From positions 1,687,908 through 1,751,907 of the forward strand of contig CM082579.2 in assembly GCA_040954595.2 (NCBI GenBank): a stretch of DNA of 64,000 nt, in the 5' to 3' direction. This stretch comes from Balanoglossus misakiensis. Its lineage: Eukaryota > Animalia > Hemichordata. Numbering within the stretch: position 1 is the stretch's first letter; each line of letters starts with the position of its first letter. Below the pieces are notes generated by a model. That model worked only from the letters and a program-made list of their open reading frames with translations, ran no database searches and had not been told where the DNA came from. The translations under genes and the position numbers were made by a program. Positions 52,201-64,000 of this stretch are shown in pieces.

Positions 52201-55200
52201 TGTACAGCGGGGCCAGGTTAACGATCGAATGCTTGTGCATTTAATGCACCCTTCGTATCGATCACGGTTATTTTATCTGCCTTATTTGAAAACCAAAAGA
52301 ACTTCTTTGAACCATTCAGCCCCCGTACGATTTTCTGCATTTCTATACAGTACAATGACGAGACACCTACAGTTTGCATATGAACTTCGCTTTTCGTGAG
52401 CATATTTACTGAATTTCTCACAGAAATCGATAATATGAAAAATTCCGTTTCGAACGAACATTTAATACGGAGTGCACACCATTAGCAGGCAGCACAGACT
52501 TGTTTTAATAAAAAGCTATTATCGTTATAATTTTTGTCATTGTTCATACACGTACGTATGTAAATTTACCATAAGACATTTTTGTTTCAAGACATGTATT
52601 CTATCACCATTTGAATGTCGCGAGGCCTCTAACATTTTAATCTGGGATTTTTTTCCTTTGAATCTACGAGACCTCACGTATGCGACCATTTTATGTCTAC
52701 TCATAAAACTGCTGACATCCGTGTACCGCCTCGAGGCGCAATTACTTTCACGCAAAATATGAAAGCAAAAAATTATAACTGTGCGTGCGCTATTCGATAT
52801 GGCCACATCCTGGCTCTGTTAATTCATCATAAATATAGCGTTTCAGCGTCGACGGATATTCTTTTTTTTCAGCGGGAAAAGTTCTCGACGCACAGGGCTG
52901 TTAACGCCTCGCGTATCTTGCCTTGTTTCTAGCAAAATTTCACTTATAGTATACTTGATGTTTTGTACATATCACATCCTCAGTATCATATCATATCATA
53001 CCGCACTATTCCATTTTCCCAGATCAGCAGTACGTGTCACGTATATTTTGACACTGACCAGAATTGTTTTACTGTAATTTATGGCGTTCATTTATCCGAA
53101 AAAATGAAGAATTATTATTACTGCTGATCAAGTCGCGCATATCTTTTAAACTCGCCCCAAGACACATTTTCAATTACAGACAATCAAAGTCAGTGAAATA
53201 TTCTACACCATTCACGGAGATGGCATTCTATCTGCCCGTGTGAGAGGATTCTTGTTTGCGTGGTCAAAATGGATTCACTGGAGCATGTTAAACCTCCCAA
53301 GGCCTCTGCGCTTTTTAAAGAGAAGCGCTTCCTTCCTTGAGTGAAATCGCGTGTGTGTGGCGATGTTTCATCGTTGACCCGTCGTATTCCGGTGTGGGTG
53401 TATGACTTGGTCGATGGTGCCGGAAAACAGGTCTTGTGTTCTTTGTCAGATGATGTACGTGCATTTATTTTTAATTCAACGCACTGAGGTCCCTACCGAT
53501 ATCCCTATTCAGGGGTCAACAGCGACCCCAGGGAACATGCAACACTTTGACCGAAGGGCCTGGAACATGAGTAGGGATAGATGTTCAGAGGCTACAGCGA
53601 AAGACTATTGTCTGGGCGAGTAGGGAAATAACCAATTTAAGAGCTTACCCCGTATGGTTACTCACTCTCCACAAGGGAGTCTGGAGAAATTTTACAGATA
53701 CTATAGCACTTGGTCACTGACTCTAAGTAACTGTGTCTATCGCTAACATGCTTTGACGCACGCTGAGTTATTCCATTCGGAAATAACAACGTCTGATATT
53801 CGCTTCTGGGACTCGGTCAAGGGTCGTACGCGACGTCATATTCGACACAACGTTTTTAGGGCAAACAGGTGTGTTTCTCGTTTTAGTTTTTGGGACTAGT
53901 ACTTTGAAATATAAAGACACTTCTTCGTCAAAAGCCATAACCTTCCTCGGTAAATCGGACTCGGTGTTGTTAGATATAGACATAACTTTTATTCACTGCA
54001 CTCATTTTACCAGAACTCTAAGTCGACTGATTGTGCAGACGGCTGTTAAGCGCCACTTCAAGCCGGAGGGAAGAGGTTTTTGTGCCCCTGATTTACATAT
54101 AGATGGGACAGTGTGTATTATTTGGTACAGCTTTCTTCAGAGAAGCTCAAAATTTGACCGGCTGGTAAATGCTTCTGTACAACAGCTTCTGGCCAGACAA
54201 GACAGACGCACTAAAGCGTTGCATCCAGTCTTACGTCAAGAGCTACCATAGTTACCGCAAAGTGTGTATTTTCATTAACAGTTTATGCGTTGACATCGAT
54301 GCTGCTGTACGTCATTTTGCAAAATTTAAATTTCGTTGCGATGTACAAGCTGCATTAGACATGAAATAAAAAACACGATCAGGTTCATGAAGATTGGTTA
54401 TTGACAGGGAACGGAGAGTGCAGGTCACTTGTCGTTGTTTTTAATTTAAAGCGAGTCAACGCTGAAAATTGGAATGTTCCGTTGTCACTTCGTGTCAACT
54501 TTGTTAATTTGCAGAGAAAACTAGAGATCTGCGAGGATGTAATTGGGGTCGAATGCCTTCGCTGTTTTCGAATAATTCAAACACAACATGTTACTTATGA
54601 GAAGATAAGAAAAAAGAGCATTGTTCGACAAACAAATTACACATTCATTGAATGTGTCAGCTTATCGGGTCCATCGAGATTGTCTGCAGAGAACATTTCA
54701 GGGAGTGCTGAGTCATCTCAGAAAACAGTTTATTTCGGCGGAAAATTAGTATACATTGGTCGGTTCACTCACACGAATGGTCGAAATTGACTTTGTAATA
54801 GGACTGTCGCTTTTATGAGTATTCAAATATACTTGAGCCAACTCTTTGATGAGAATACTGAAAGATTTGGGGCGAGAGATGTCGAGATTGAGATAGACAG
54901 ACGGAACCAACAATTTAGAAATTCAAATTCATAAAGAAGGTTCCACGGGCCAGGTGGCAATACTCTTCTTCCCATGAGAAACTGACTTAATATGACACAC
55001 CAAAATGTCGGATAAAATAACTATCATTTTCTGTTTCGAAGACAACATTCTGATAGCAGCAGATTTGATCAAAATTTGGCGTCATTTTTTATCTACGGCA
55101 CGACACAAGGTGCTCCCTAACAGCTGTGCGGATGTCCCTTGAGGTGCACTTAGCATGGCTAGCGTTACACGGTCATCTTCTGACTACTCTCTGCCATGTT

Positions 55201-58200
55201 TTGTCTTTGCTCATTTACACATTTGTTTTATACAAAATTAAGCCCAGCGCAAAATTAATGTTTAAATAAGAACAATCTGAATAGGCAATGCGATCGACGA
55301 ATAAATTCCTACCTAGATGGCTACTTACAATTAAATGAAAAAGATCATAAAAAGTCGAACCGAGCTTTTTGCTAAACTGTGCAAGGGTCGTTTGCATATC
55401 AACAGAGTAAAAAGATACGCTAGGTGGCTGACGGGAATGCTCCATCATACATTTTTGATGGGACAGTTCCGCTTTGCTCTGCATGTCCCAGTATTCCCGG
55501 AGAAATACGAGTTTCAGATTCTATCTCGTGGTTACTTGTAGGTTAGGAAAGCTTTTCCATGTCAGAGAAACCGCTTCCCCCAAGATACAAATCATGAAAT
55601 ATTCCAGATTGTGATATAACACCGTGTTGCAAGCGATAATTATCGGGGCGCACTCGGTTTAGTGGCATGCTCAGGAAAAGTGAAACTCCCGCTTGTAACG
55701 GAGCAGCACTTTCATTTGAGCGGTCTGGGTGTAAGGCCTATCCCTTGACTGATCACGCGAACTCGAAATGCATCTGACACAAAGACAATCACGGTGACTT
55801 TGCTTTAATTCAAACCTGTCAACGGATTTTTTTCGTACTAAACTGATTATTTCCGTAGTTTCTCCGGAATTCTTATTTGAGCGAAAACTAAATGGGCCAT
55901 ATACAGTGTAGTTATAAGCTTATATAGTCTCCATCATTCGTGTTGTACACAAACGTCATGAAATATGAGCGTAAACGACCAAATGATAAATAGCATCCAA
56001 TGAAAATAACATTAAACAAATATTTGCGAATAATTATTTTTCATAAGCTTACTCATTCTATTGCATAAAAGAAAAAAAAATCGGAATCAGAAAATTTAAT
56101 ACTGGATTTCCGCGGAACCTGGATTCTTAAAAAAATCACTGAGCGATATAACCTAGGATTGACCCCCACTACATAAAACAAAGACTCCCACCCTTTTTCA
56201 ATTACGCACCGCAAGCAGCTATTATTTGTCAAAACCTTGCTGTATTCCTGGAGGTAACGTTTCAGCTTCATTAAATTCCACGGTTGACAGTTGATCGGAG
56301 AGAAAATAAAGTCTAGCGGACATTAAACTGAGACAGCACCTGAGTTTTTTTAGTAAGCTCGGTCGATTAGCCTCACAGATCGGCATCAGTGGATCAAGTA
56401 GTGCTCCCTTTAATTAACCATATCGCTCTTTATTGATCCGTCTTTCTTGGCAATGAATTCATGCATCGACCGCTTCATAATTAACGCTTGTGCTGCATTA
56501 TGAAGATAGACGCCGACCCATCCATATGCAATGATAAAACAAGTCCCGCAACGCTAATGAAAATACCTACAGTGGCCGCGATTGCGGTTTTGCCAAAGAA
56601 AAACCATTCATGCGATATTATCATATCATTTCTTCAAATAGAACGCAATTTATCAGTTTGCTGGAGCGTTTGAATTAAATTTGCGCATCCTTTGGCTCGA
56701 GGTTGAGATCTTTGTTTTATTTTCCAATTTCATATTTGATTACACTATGACTTCCGATTTTGATTGTTTGCCCGTGCCTTCATCAGGAGCAGCAAGGATA
56801 ATCTTTAGCGATGGAATTCTCCTGCATGTATTCCCTCGGCAGCGCAGTCCTAGCGCAAATTCTCCCCAACGCTGATTCACAGCCTTAATTGGAATTTTTA
56901 ATATTGCATGTAGCTTTCCTTCTTGACCCTTGACCCTAGAAACGTCGATTTGCCCGACGAGACCAACCCCACCCAGTGCATGCTGGGAAGAACGAACATT
57001 TAGTTCAAATGCTAGCACACTTCTAATACTGGTACTGTCACTAACGCCTAGTTTCGCCACTGTACATAATGCTTAGACACCGCCAGCACGTCTAATGTAA
57101 ACCGCGAATACCAAAAATTAACTAACTGTGGTGATTTGTCACGAGGAAAAAATCTCGGAACAAAAAAACAGAATTTGAGAGAACGAACCAACCATAACGC
57201 TACTCAAACGCATCAAACAAATTTACAGACGACACAGCAAAGAGACCGACCACTCACAAACATTCATTTTCTCAGAGTGAGCAATGCATTAGTGCGCGAA
57301 TGTCATTCCAGCGAAAGGGAAATTCCAACGCAATAACACTCTATTCTGTACAATTATTTCGCATCACAGGCGCCTTTTCTTCATTACAGCAAAAATATAA
57401 TGACTATTTAGTAAATGAAATTTTAATGAATCTTCGACGATCATTTATGAAGAGAATCGGTTGAGCACGAAATAGTGATTACAAAACAGGAGTCGTCCTT
57501 CGTGGATAATTACAGTTGGCAATTTTTTATAATTGCATTCTACATTTTCTTAACTGATTCTTCACAAATCTAGCATTTCATAATTTTGACAAACAGAATA
57601 AAATTTAGAACTTGCATTTTATAGTGTGAATTTCATAATTAGCTGTACATAAGAAATGTAGCTTCGACTATCTATGGTAAGCTGTTTTTTGAAGTTCAGA
57701 CAAAGCGAATAATTTGACCAAAATTAAACGAGGGGAATAAATCTGCATTCTAATCGAGAATCGAACTATTAACATTCGATCAGAAACAACAGGTTTCTCC
57801 CGGCCTGTAGCAAAAGGATGTCGGCGTTTTTGTTCTATAAGATTGGAAATAGAGTTTCGCTCAGACGCAAAAGAACCGGGAATTAGAGTTTTCTAATCGC
57901 TGGCGGGAAAGAAGAATATGTCGATAATCCACGCTAAGATTCAAGGATTTAAGTGGACATAAGGAAGAAGTTGCCCCGAGCGGATCGGCGGAGCTTTCAT
58001 CGAATCACAGTTGAGCAGTCACTTTTACAGAAAGGAATCTCCTTGAAATTTTAGTCACGTTTCTTGGATCAATACTTTTTCGTTTTCACCGTGGGTAGAA
58101 AGGTCTCTAGTCATAATTTGGAACCGACACTTTCTTCACAATGTATGTGATACAACGTGTTGGCGCTGGGAAGATTGGGAGAAGGCGATGCCTAGCAACG

Positions 58201-61200
58201 GGGTTATATAGATAATGATGGCAGGCTTGAGTGGTTAAAGAAGGAGAATTTCTCGGCATGCTGTTCAGTGAGCGAACAGACTTTGCCTGGGGAGAGACGG
58301 AAAGAGAGAGGGGAGGGGGGGGGGCTAGCGAAAGAACGAGAAACGCCTACAGGACAGGAGAAAGATGATACGAAAGGGAAAAGTGATCATACGACGGGGT
58401 TAACATTTCAAACGAACCCGACAGATCTGAATTTGCATGTCTATAATGATAGTTTGGAGAACAAATCCTATAATTTAATCAGACGAAAAGTGATACATAA
58501 ATTATTTGTCCCCCTCAATTTCCGCTTGAAGTCAAATTTCCTGTTTCAGTTTCATCCTACAGTTCTAATAACATTCCGATTTCAATGCCAGAGACTATGA
58601 ACACACATATCCACTAACATCACCCAGGATGTTCTTTATGGAAGCATCATAAAACGAATCTAATGCGTTCAGGTATCCTGCTAAGAATCGAGATAAAATA
58701 ACTGAAGTTACTACAGACAGAGGTAATAAACTGTCGATTCAGTCATTATGAATCCAAAGTCAGAGAATGAAAGAAGAGCCCGCCAGTCTGTCTGGAAGTT
58801 AGTAAGCAGCAAAGCTATTTTTCATGACTGCAAACACACAACCAGCCATGCAGGTGCGAGTGAAATGCTTCTTGACGGCGACGTGAAGAACTGAGCGGGA
58901 ACCCGACCAAATAAAGAAAGTCGTTCTACCACATTATTATTCTGACAAACACAGATTCTGCCGCCATCTTACTAATTCCAAACAGCACTCTTGCTAGCGT
59001 CAAAAGTTCAATACAAGGGAGCTGTCTCTCGTGTTTGTGCCTACCCTGGGAAACGAACCATGCTCCGATAAGGTAACCTAAGTCAGGAAAATTACTGTCA
59101 CAACTGCCATTTAATACTGTGTACTTTCATGAATAAATGTTTGCCCGTGCATGCAATAATACTATAATATCGCCCTAATAACCCTGTAGCATGTTAACGC
59201 TATTTGTATTCCTTATTGAGATGAATAATTACGACACGGCGAAGTCATTACTGCTCTCTCGCTGCGTGTACTCGTTTTAAATGCATCTTTATGGAATGGA
59301 GAAACAGGAAGTGGTGAGTTAGGAAACCACACGAGGAAAGTGGATCGAGGAATAATGGTACTTAATGACGGCCATAAAGGTGTCAAGACACTGGGTAATT
59401 GCATGTGTCACACGAAATGGAAAAAGACTCTTCCTCATTTTTAGACTCGCTCTTCACCTCATTAACGCCTTTTCTCTCAATACGGAGACACAGATTTTGC
59501 TGATATCTTAAGATTACTTTAACTTAACTTTTCTTTCGAGACTTCACTGAAAGTGTTGTGTTTGGTCAATATCACCATATAAAACAGCAAAAAATTAAAA
59601 AAAAAAAAGATTAGATAAATGCTTGCCTTTGGTCGACTCATTCCTGCATAGTGTTACATTTGTTAGTGTATAAAATAGTGCATTCAGACGAAAAAATATG
59701 AATCACCGTTATTAATGGGAAAATCTGAGGATGCAATAGGCCATGAGTAATACATTTGTCGTGTCAAATTAGCTGTGAAAAGTTTCAGGGCCACTGATCA
59801 GCACTGTAGGTAGAGCTTCCAATCTCCTTCGATTACCCGAGTGGCTGCGTGCCTTCAGTGAAGATGATCGGATCCCCGCCAAAGCAACTGTCAATTCCCA
59901 TGGCTAAGCCGTCCCAGTATTCACCCCAGACACTCGGCGCATTATTGCAGTGATGGAAAATGGAATAACTACAGCGAGGTTACAGCTTGGATCCGTCATT
60001 GAATACAGAAGGCATAGTGCTGCAACGCTCTTCTTGTAATTGCATTTTATAAGCTGAAAGGCAGTGTGAGTCTAAGCTGGCCTATTTTCTGTTGATCATA
60101 TTACCAGATTGATTCCACGGCTGATAATGGAACCGCCGTAATTTGTTATCATTTTCCAAATGACCCTTTTCTCGCAGATCTTGAATTATGTGATTATTGT
60201 CATTATGTGGAGCTAACGAGAGTTTCTTCAAAATGTATCCGACAATAGGATTAGACGGACACAGGCCGTGAAAGAAGGCTTCATTTTAGCTTAAGTGGCT
60301 TGGCGTGATAGAAATAAAATATATAATAATACAAATGCAGGCAAAGGTGTTGAAAAGACAGAGAAACACCTCAATGTTTTCACACACACAAATTTCTAAT
60401 GGGATTGGGAGAGATGTGCCTTTGACAGACGTGCGGATTACGTCGTGTTGCTGATTGGCTGGTCCCTGGCAAAATCGACCAATCAGAGGTGTAGTACGGA
60501 ACCCAGATTTCGTGCGTGCGACCATTACAGTTACAAGTTTGTGCGCATGTCACGTGGCACGTTTGTCTTTGAATGATTTCGTCCCGAGGAATAACTGTAT
60601 AAGCAAATGTGAGTTTTTGCGCGGGAACATCCGAGTCTGAACTTCATCACCCTGGCTCGTTCGTTCGTGTACTTCGACTCCCTGTACACACGGTATAAAG
60701 ATATAAATCTTGACCCGCCTATCATGAGACGAAGCCGTCTCATCGCGCGTGCCTTGCGCCGTTATGCAAATTAGCTGATGAGACAGCAGTGAATGGAGTG
60801 ATTTTTTAGTTTGATTAAATTCCTGACGTCGTCTGATGGATGAGGTTTTGGGTGATTCCGAATGATTTATCTGTGCACTAACATGGAATTGTGAGTCAGC
60901 AAATGGACTGCTCAGTATTACAACTTATTGACTCTGAGTCAAAATGATGATGTTGGGGAGAATCGGGGAGCTCGAGTGTGACTTGATGCTGAGTTCAATT
61001 AGCCATTCCCAGCGACCATCTAGTCCCTCTGGTAAATTACCTTCGGTTGTGAACTTTTAGCCTCAAATGAATCAAACCCTTCCATTGTGGATTTTTAAAA
61101 CGCAGTTATTCTACACTATTGAGTGAACATACCAGCAAATTTTGTATGGTTTTTGATTTCCCGATGTGGGGATACTCGTCATTTTTTTCGATGAGCAATT

Positions 61201-63466
61201 TTTTTCAGTTAATCGTCCGAGTCAATCCGTACAAGCGCTTCGCGTACATTGCGTTTTACTTCGCGGATTTTTAAAATTCAAAACCTATTAATAAATAAAT
61301 TGCTTGACATCTGATTTTCTGGAAGAAGATGTTAAGCAAATTAAAATGACACTGGTGCAGTCAAACGATGACGGAATGTCAGGGGTCATGGGAACGATGA
61401 AGGCCCGCTTCGAGTCTTTGTAGAATTGCCTCAATCGCTCTTTTCTAATAAGCGTACAGAATCACGATGCAGCTTTTATTTTGCCTGAACCAATATATAG
61501 TTCCAAACAGTCACAGTCAATTTTATGTGATTGTTTTGCCATAATCATAAGATTCTAAAACCTGTAATTGATCTTGCCCAACATTTGTTTTCATTGAAGC
61601 ATCAATATTGAAATTTATATATATGGTGAAAATTTCCGTGTTTCACATCGCATAGGTCCTACAGTCGGGTCAAGGGTCGCGATAGCACATACAAGTTTCT
61701 TTTCGGTGGTTAAACGAGAAAAAAATCATATTTCATTCATTTCTGAACGTTATCCGGTTTGCCCAATTAGCACTGCAGGCAGACTGGTTTATGGTTCTGC
61801 GCCTATATACACTACAACTTTGCCTGTGCCGTTTTATCGGAAGTGTCGCGATGACGATGATATATTATGACGACTTCATGTACCAGATCAATATATATTA
61901 GGTACTGTTGACCTCACCGAGTTTAACTGGGACGCAAATTCCTAGCTTGCTGCGAGGGGACTGATTTCGAAAACCCATTTGAACTAACGACGTTCAATGT
62001 CTGCCGGGACTACTTGACATACAGACTAGATGGGTCGTGTCCTAACTTGTCTTAGCTTCGCCCAATGATAAGCTTCGACAATATTCTAAGGATAATCTTC
62101 TTGCAAACTTTCCATTCATTCAAATGTTCAAGCCATTTTCACGATCCCTAAATTCTAGTTTTTCCGGTAGTGTGTGGTTATCAAAACTCAACAGTTTGAT
62201 GCAAAAACGTACAAAGTTTAGCTTCATGATGTATTGCAGTAGCAAGTCAGTGCAAAATTTGGTGACTACAGCTGCATATATTTTTAGTGTCTGGGAGTTT
62301 TTTTTACCAAACTGACGGATTCAATGAAAATACCAGAATGCAACTGAGGTCATGTAGAGGTCATGAAAATGGCTGATTCAACGATCTCATTCGTTACACA
62401 CAGGGGTCATTCGAGGTCAGGGGGAAAGTAACTCCAACTTACCCCTCTGCATGTAGCGTGCTACGCATGCTTCCGTTTGTTCGTGAACCGCACCAGTCAA
62501 AGTACTGACGCTAATGTACTTGAAACAGTATCCCACAACTTCGGCACTCGTATCAAACGCTTCGCACTCGATCTCGATGGATTCCCCGGAAATCCTCCTC
62601 TCGGTCTGGTACTCCAAGACCGGGTCAAGGTGAGCTGAGTATCTCTTCTGGGCGAACAGCCTGATTTTGTCGTCTGACGTTCTGCAAGAGGGCGTGGTGA
62701 ATTCGATGGTGACCGCGTACTGACAAGGAAAGATTGTGGAGGAATGCACTTGGATGTGGTAGTTGTCGCTCCATGCAACTTGTAGATAGGAACTAGTGTC
62801 CACAATGGAATCGTTGGAATAATCATCGTAACTGGATAGCACCACAAACCGATAGAGTCCGGCCCTGTCGAAGACGCCGCACGGAAAGCTTACTTCGTTG
62901 TTGACTTGGAGATGGTCTATGTTTTCCTGCTTGACTGGGATGGATTCCATCCCATGTTGGCTGACAGACGTGTGGTTAGTGCCCACAAACTCGGCTATGA
63001 CAATAGTTAGGTAACGGTTGTAGTCGAGCAAATTGCATACCGATCCATCGACGGTGACCGTTACCGGAACCCCCGTTGTCATAGCATAGTGCGTCTTAGC
63101 ATGGTCGAACTCGAGTCGCGGCCAGAACACGAACAAAAGTTCGCTGACGCTCAGTAAATTATCACTGTCGTCGTAAAGTCGAAATTCGAATTCTCCGGCA
63201 TGGTCGAAATAGCTGCAGTCAAAAACTACAAATCCACTGGTCTCATCTGTTAGTTCCTTTCGGGCGCGTTCTTCGTCTAACGACAGGTCGTACAAGACGG
63301 CGTACTCCCCTGAGGTACGGCTGGGTTCGTCAGCGGGTATATACTGTACAGTCAAGTCAGCTGACAATGCCACGTGCGTAACCGGGGCGACAAGTCGAGG
63401 ATACTCATCACCTTTCAATGAGACAACTGAAGAGAAGAGAAGCAAGACTACAAGTATTAAAATCAT
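43245..63466 (-). CDS. THSD1: THSD1/Golden goal (gogo)-family single-pass receptor: signal peptide, GOGO-like Cys domain, TSP1, CUB, TM, long cytoplasmic tail; ~1144 aa
   Basis: Coding exons 63466-62443, 50733-50560, 50223-49849, 45106-43245, all phase-1 junctions, total 3435 nt. Exon 1 has HVALS...[12 protein letters not shown]...WP...YCF as in the THSD1 N-terminus. Exon 2, which the ORF track misses in this frame, reads [43 protein letters not shown] (TSP1). Exon 3 is a CUB domain ([29 protein letters not shown]). [19 protein letters not shown] resembles THSD1 NNIVTVTGISLCLFIII as recalled. Confidence 0.88.
45176..45207. repeat. (CAC)n/(CAT)n microsatellite
   Basis: caccaccaccaccaccaccaccaccatcatcat. 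Confidence 0.85.
49340..49450. repeat. (GAT/GAC)n and (CAT/CAC)n trinucleotide low-complexity tract, intronic
   Basis: gatgatgatgacgacgacgacgacgacgacgatgatgatgatgat...caccatcaccacc. Confidence 0.85.
50560..50733 (-). CDS. THSD1: TSP1-domain exon of the THSD1/gogo gene
   Basis: 174-nt phase 1-1 exon (ttgcag|...|gtaagt) encoding WxxWxxWxxCSxxCGxGxxxRxRxC. Confidence 0.9.
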
Positions 63467-64000
63467 GGTAACTTCAGAATGAAACACGGACAAACACAAC
63501 GAAAATCTATTGTATTTCGGATGCTGATACTCTATAAAGGGATAGAGACTTGAGCTTTCTGGTGATGCCTTTTCCGTGCATCAATAAGAATATCTTCTTT
63601 TATTGTGTAATACCAGGCTTTTAAGCAGAACCCCCATGTCCTAGCCAGCATATGCATAATATTGTTATATTTGATATTTTCAAATGGCATTTTGATAAAA
63701 ATTGAATTGAGAGAATCTAATATATGTAAAGCGTTGAATGTCGTCATAGAAGGGGATAAAATAATGCGTCTGTCGTCATCGGTGACGTGGAAATGTGCTC
63801 ACAACGTCCCCTGCTGTCAGAATATCACAGAGACCATTAAGACCACGTGCTTGACGTGACTAATTGAACCAGTCAATCAGGAACAAATTAGAGTTGTGTC
63901 AAAATATGAATGAAAATGAAAACCAATGACACATCGAATGAGCTATGTGATATTTCGACACTGTTAGGATCGACAGCCAGCCAGCTCCACTGTTCAAGTA

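Noticed and set aside
59800-59975. Short open, coding-looking stretch on - in the THSD1 intron ([14 protein letters not shown]...)
   Set aside because: Candidate splice sites are not phase 1-1 and no domain is recognisable.
1-64000. tRNA/rRNA genes or autonomous transposon ORFs
   Set aside because: No cloverleaf, rRNA, reverse transcriptase or transposase signatures were recognised by eye; a covariance-model or repeat scan was not possible.

Overview
Intron-rich animal (eukaryotic) genomic DNA with canonical GT-AG splice sites. It looks like a marine invertebrate, possibly a deuterostome such as a hemichordate, but the taxon cannot be proven from the sequence. In order along the window: (1) two tandem, divergent COQ2 (4-hydroxybenzoate polyprenyltransferase) paralogues on +; (2) an 11-exon SH3RF/POSH RING-4xSH3 E3 ligase on -; (3) a 9-exon FHIP1/FAM160A gene on -; (4) a ~8 kb cluster of orphan secreted low-complexity protein genes, each built as non-coding exon 1 + one coding exon, plus at least one pseudogene; (5) an intronless atypical Ras-family GTPase on -; (6) a 4-coding-exon THSD1/Golden goal-type receptor on - (GOGO-like domain, TSP1, CUB, TM). 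Two short TIR elements (TAG...CTA, 9-bp target-site duplications) and several microsatellites are also present. The strongest leads are the COQ2 duplicates, whose substrate-pocket motif is rewritten (GLTFNWG to GVVMNAG/GVVMSAG) in the exon known to control rhodoquinone vs ubiquinone choice in other animals, and the cluster of acidic S-x-E-rich secreted proteins resembling biomineralisation or matrix phosphoproteins. Exon boundaries were derived by hand from splice signals and frame continuity. Family assignments rely on recalled motifs, with no database search.
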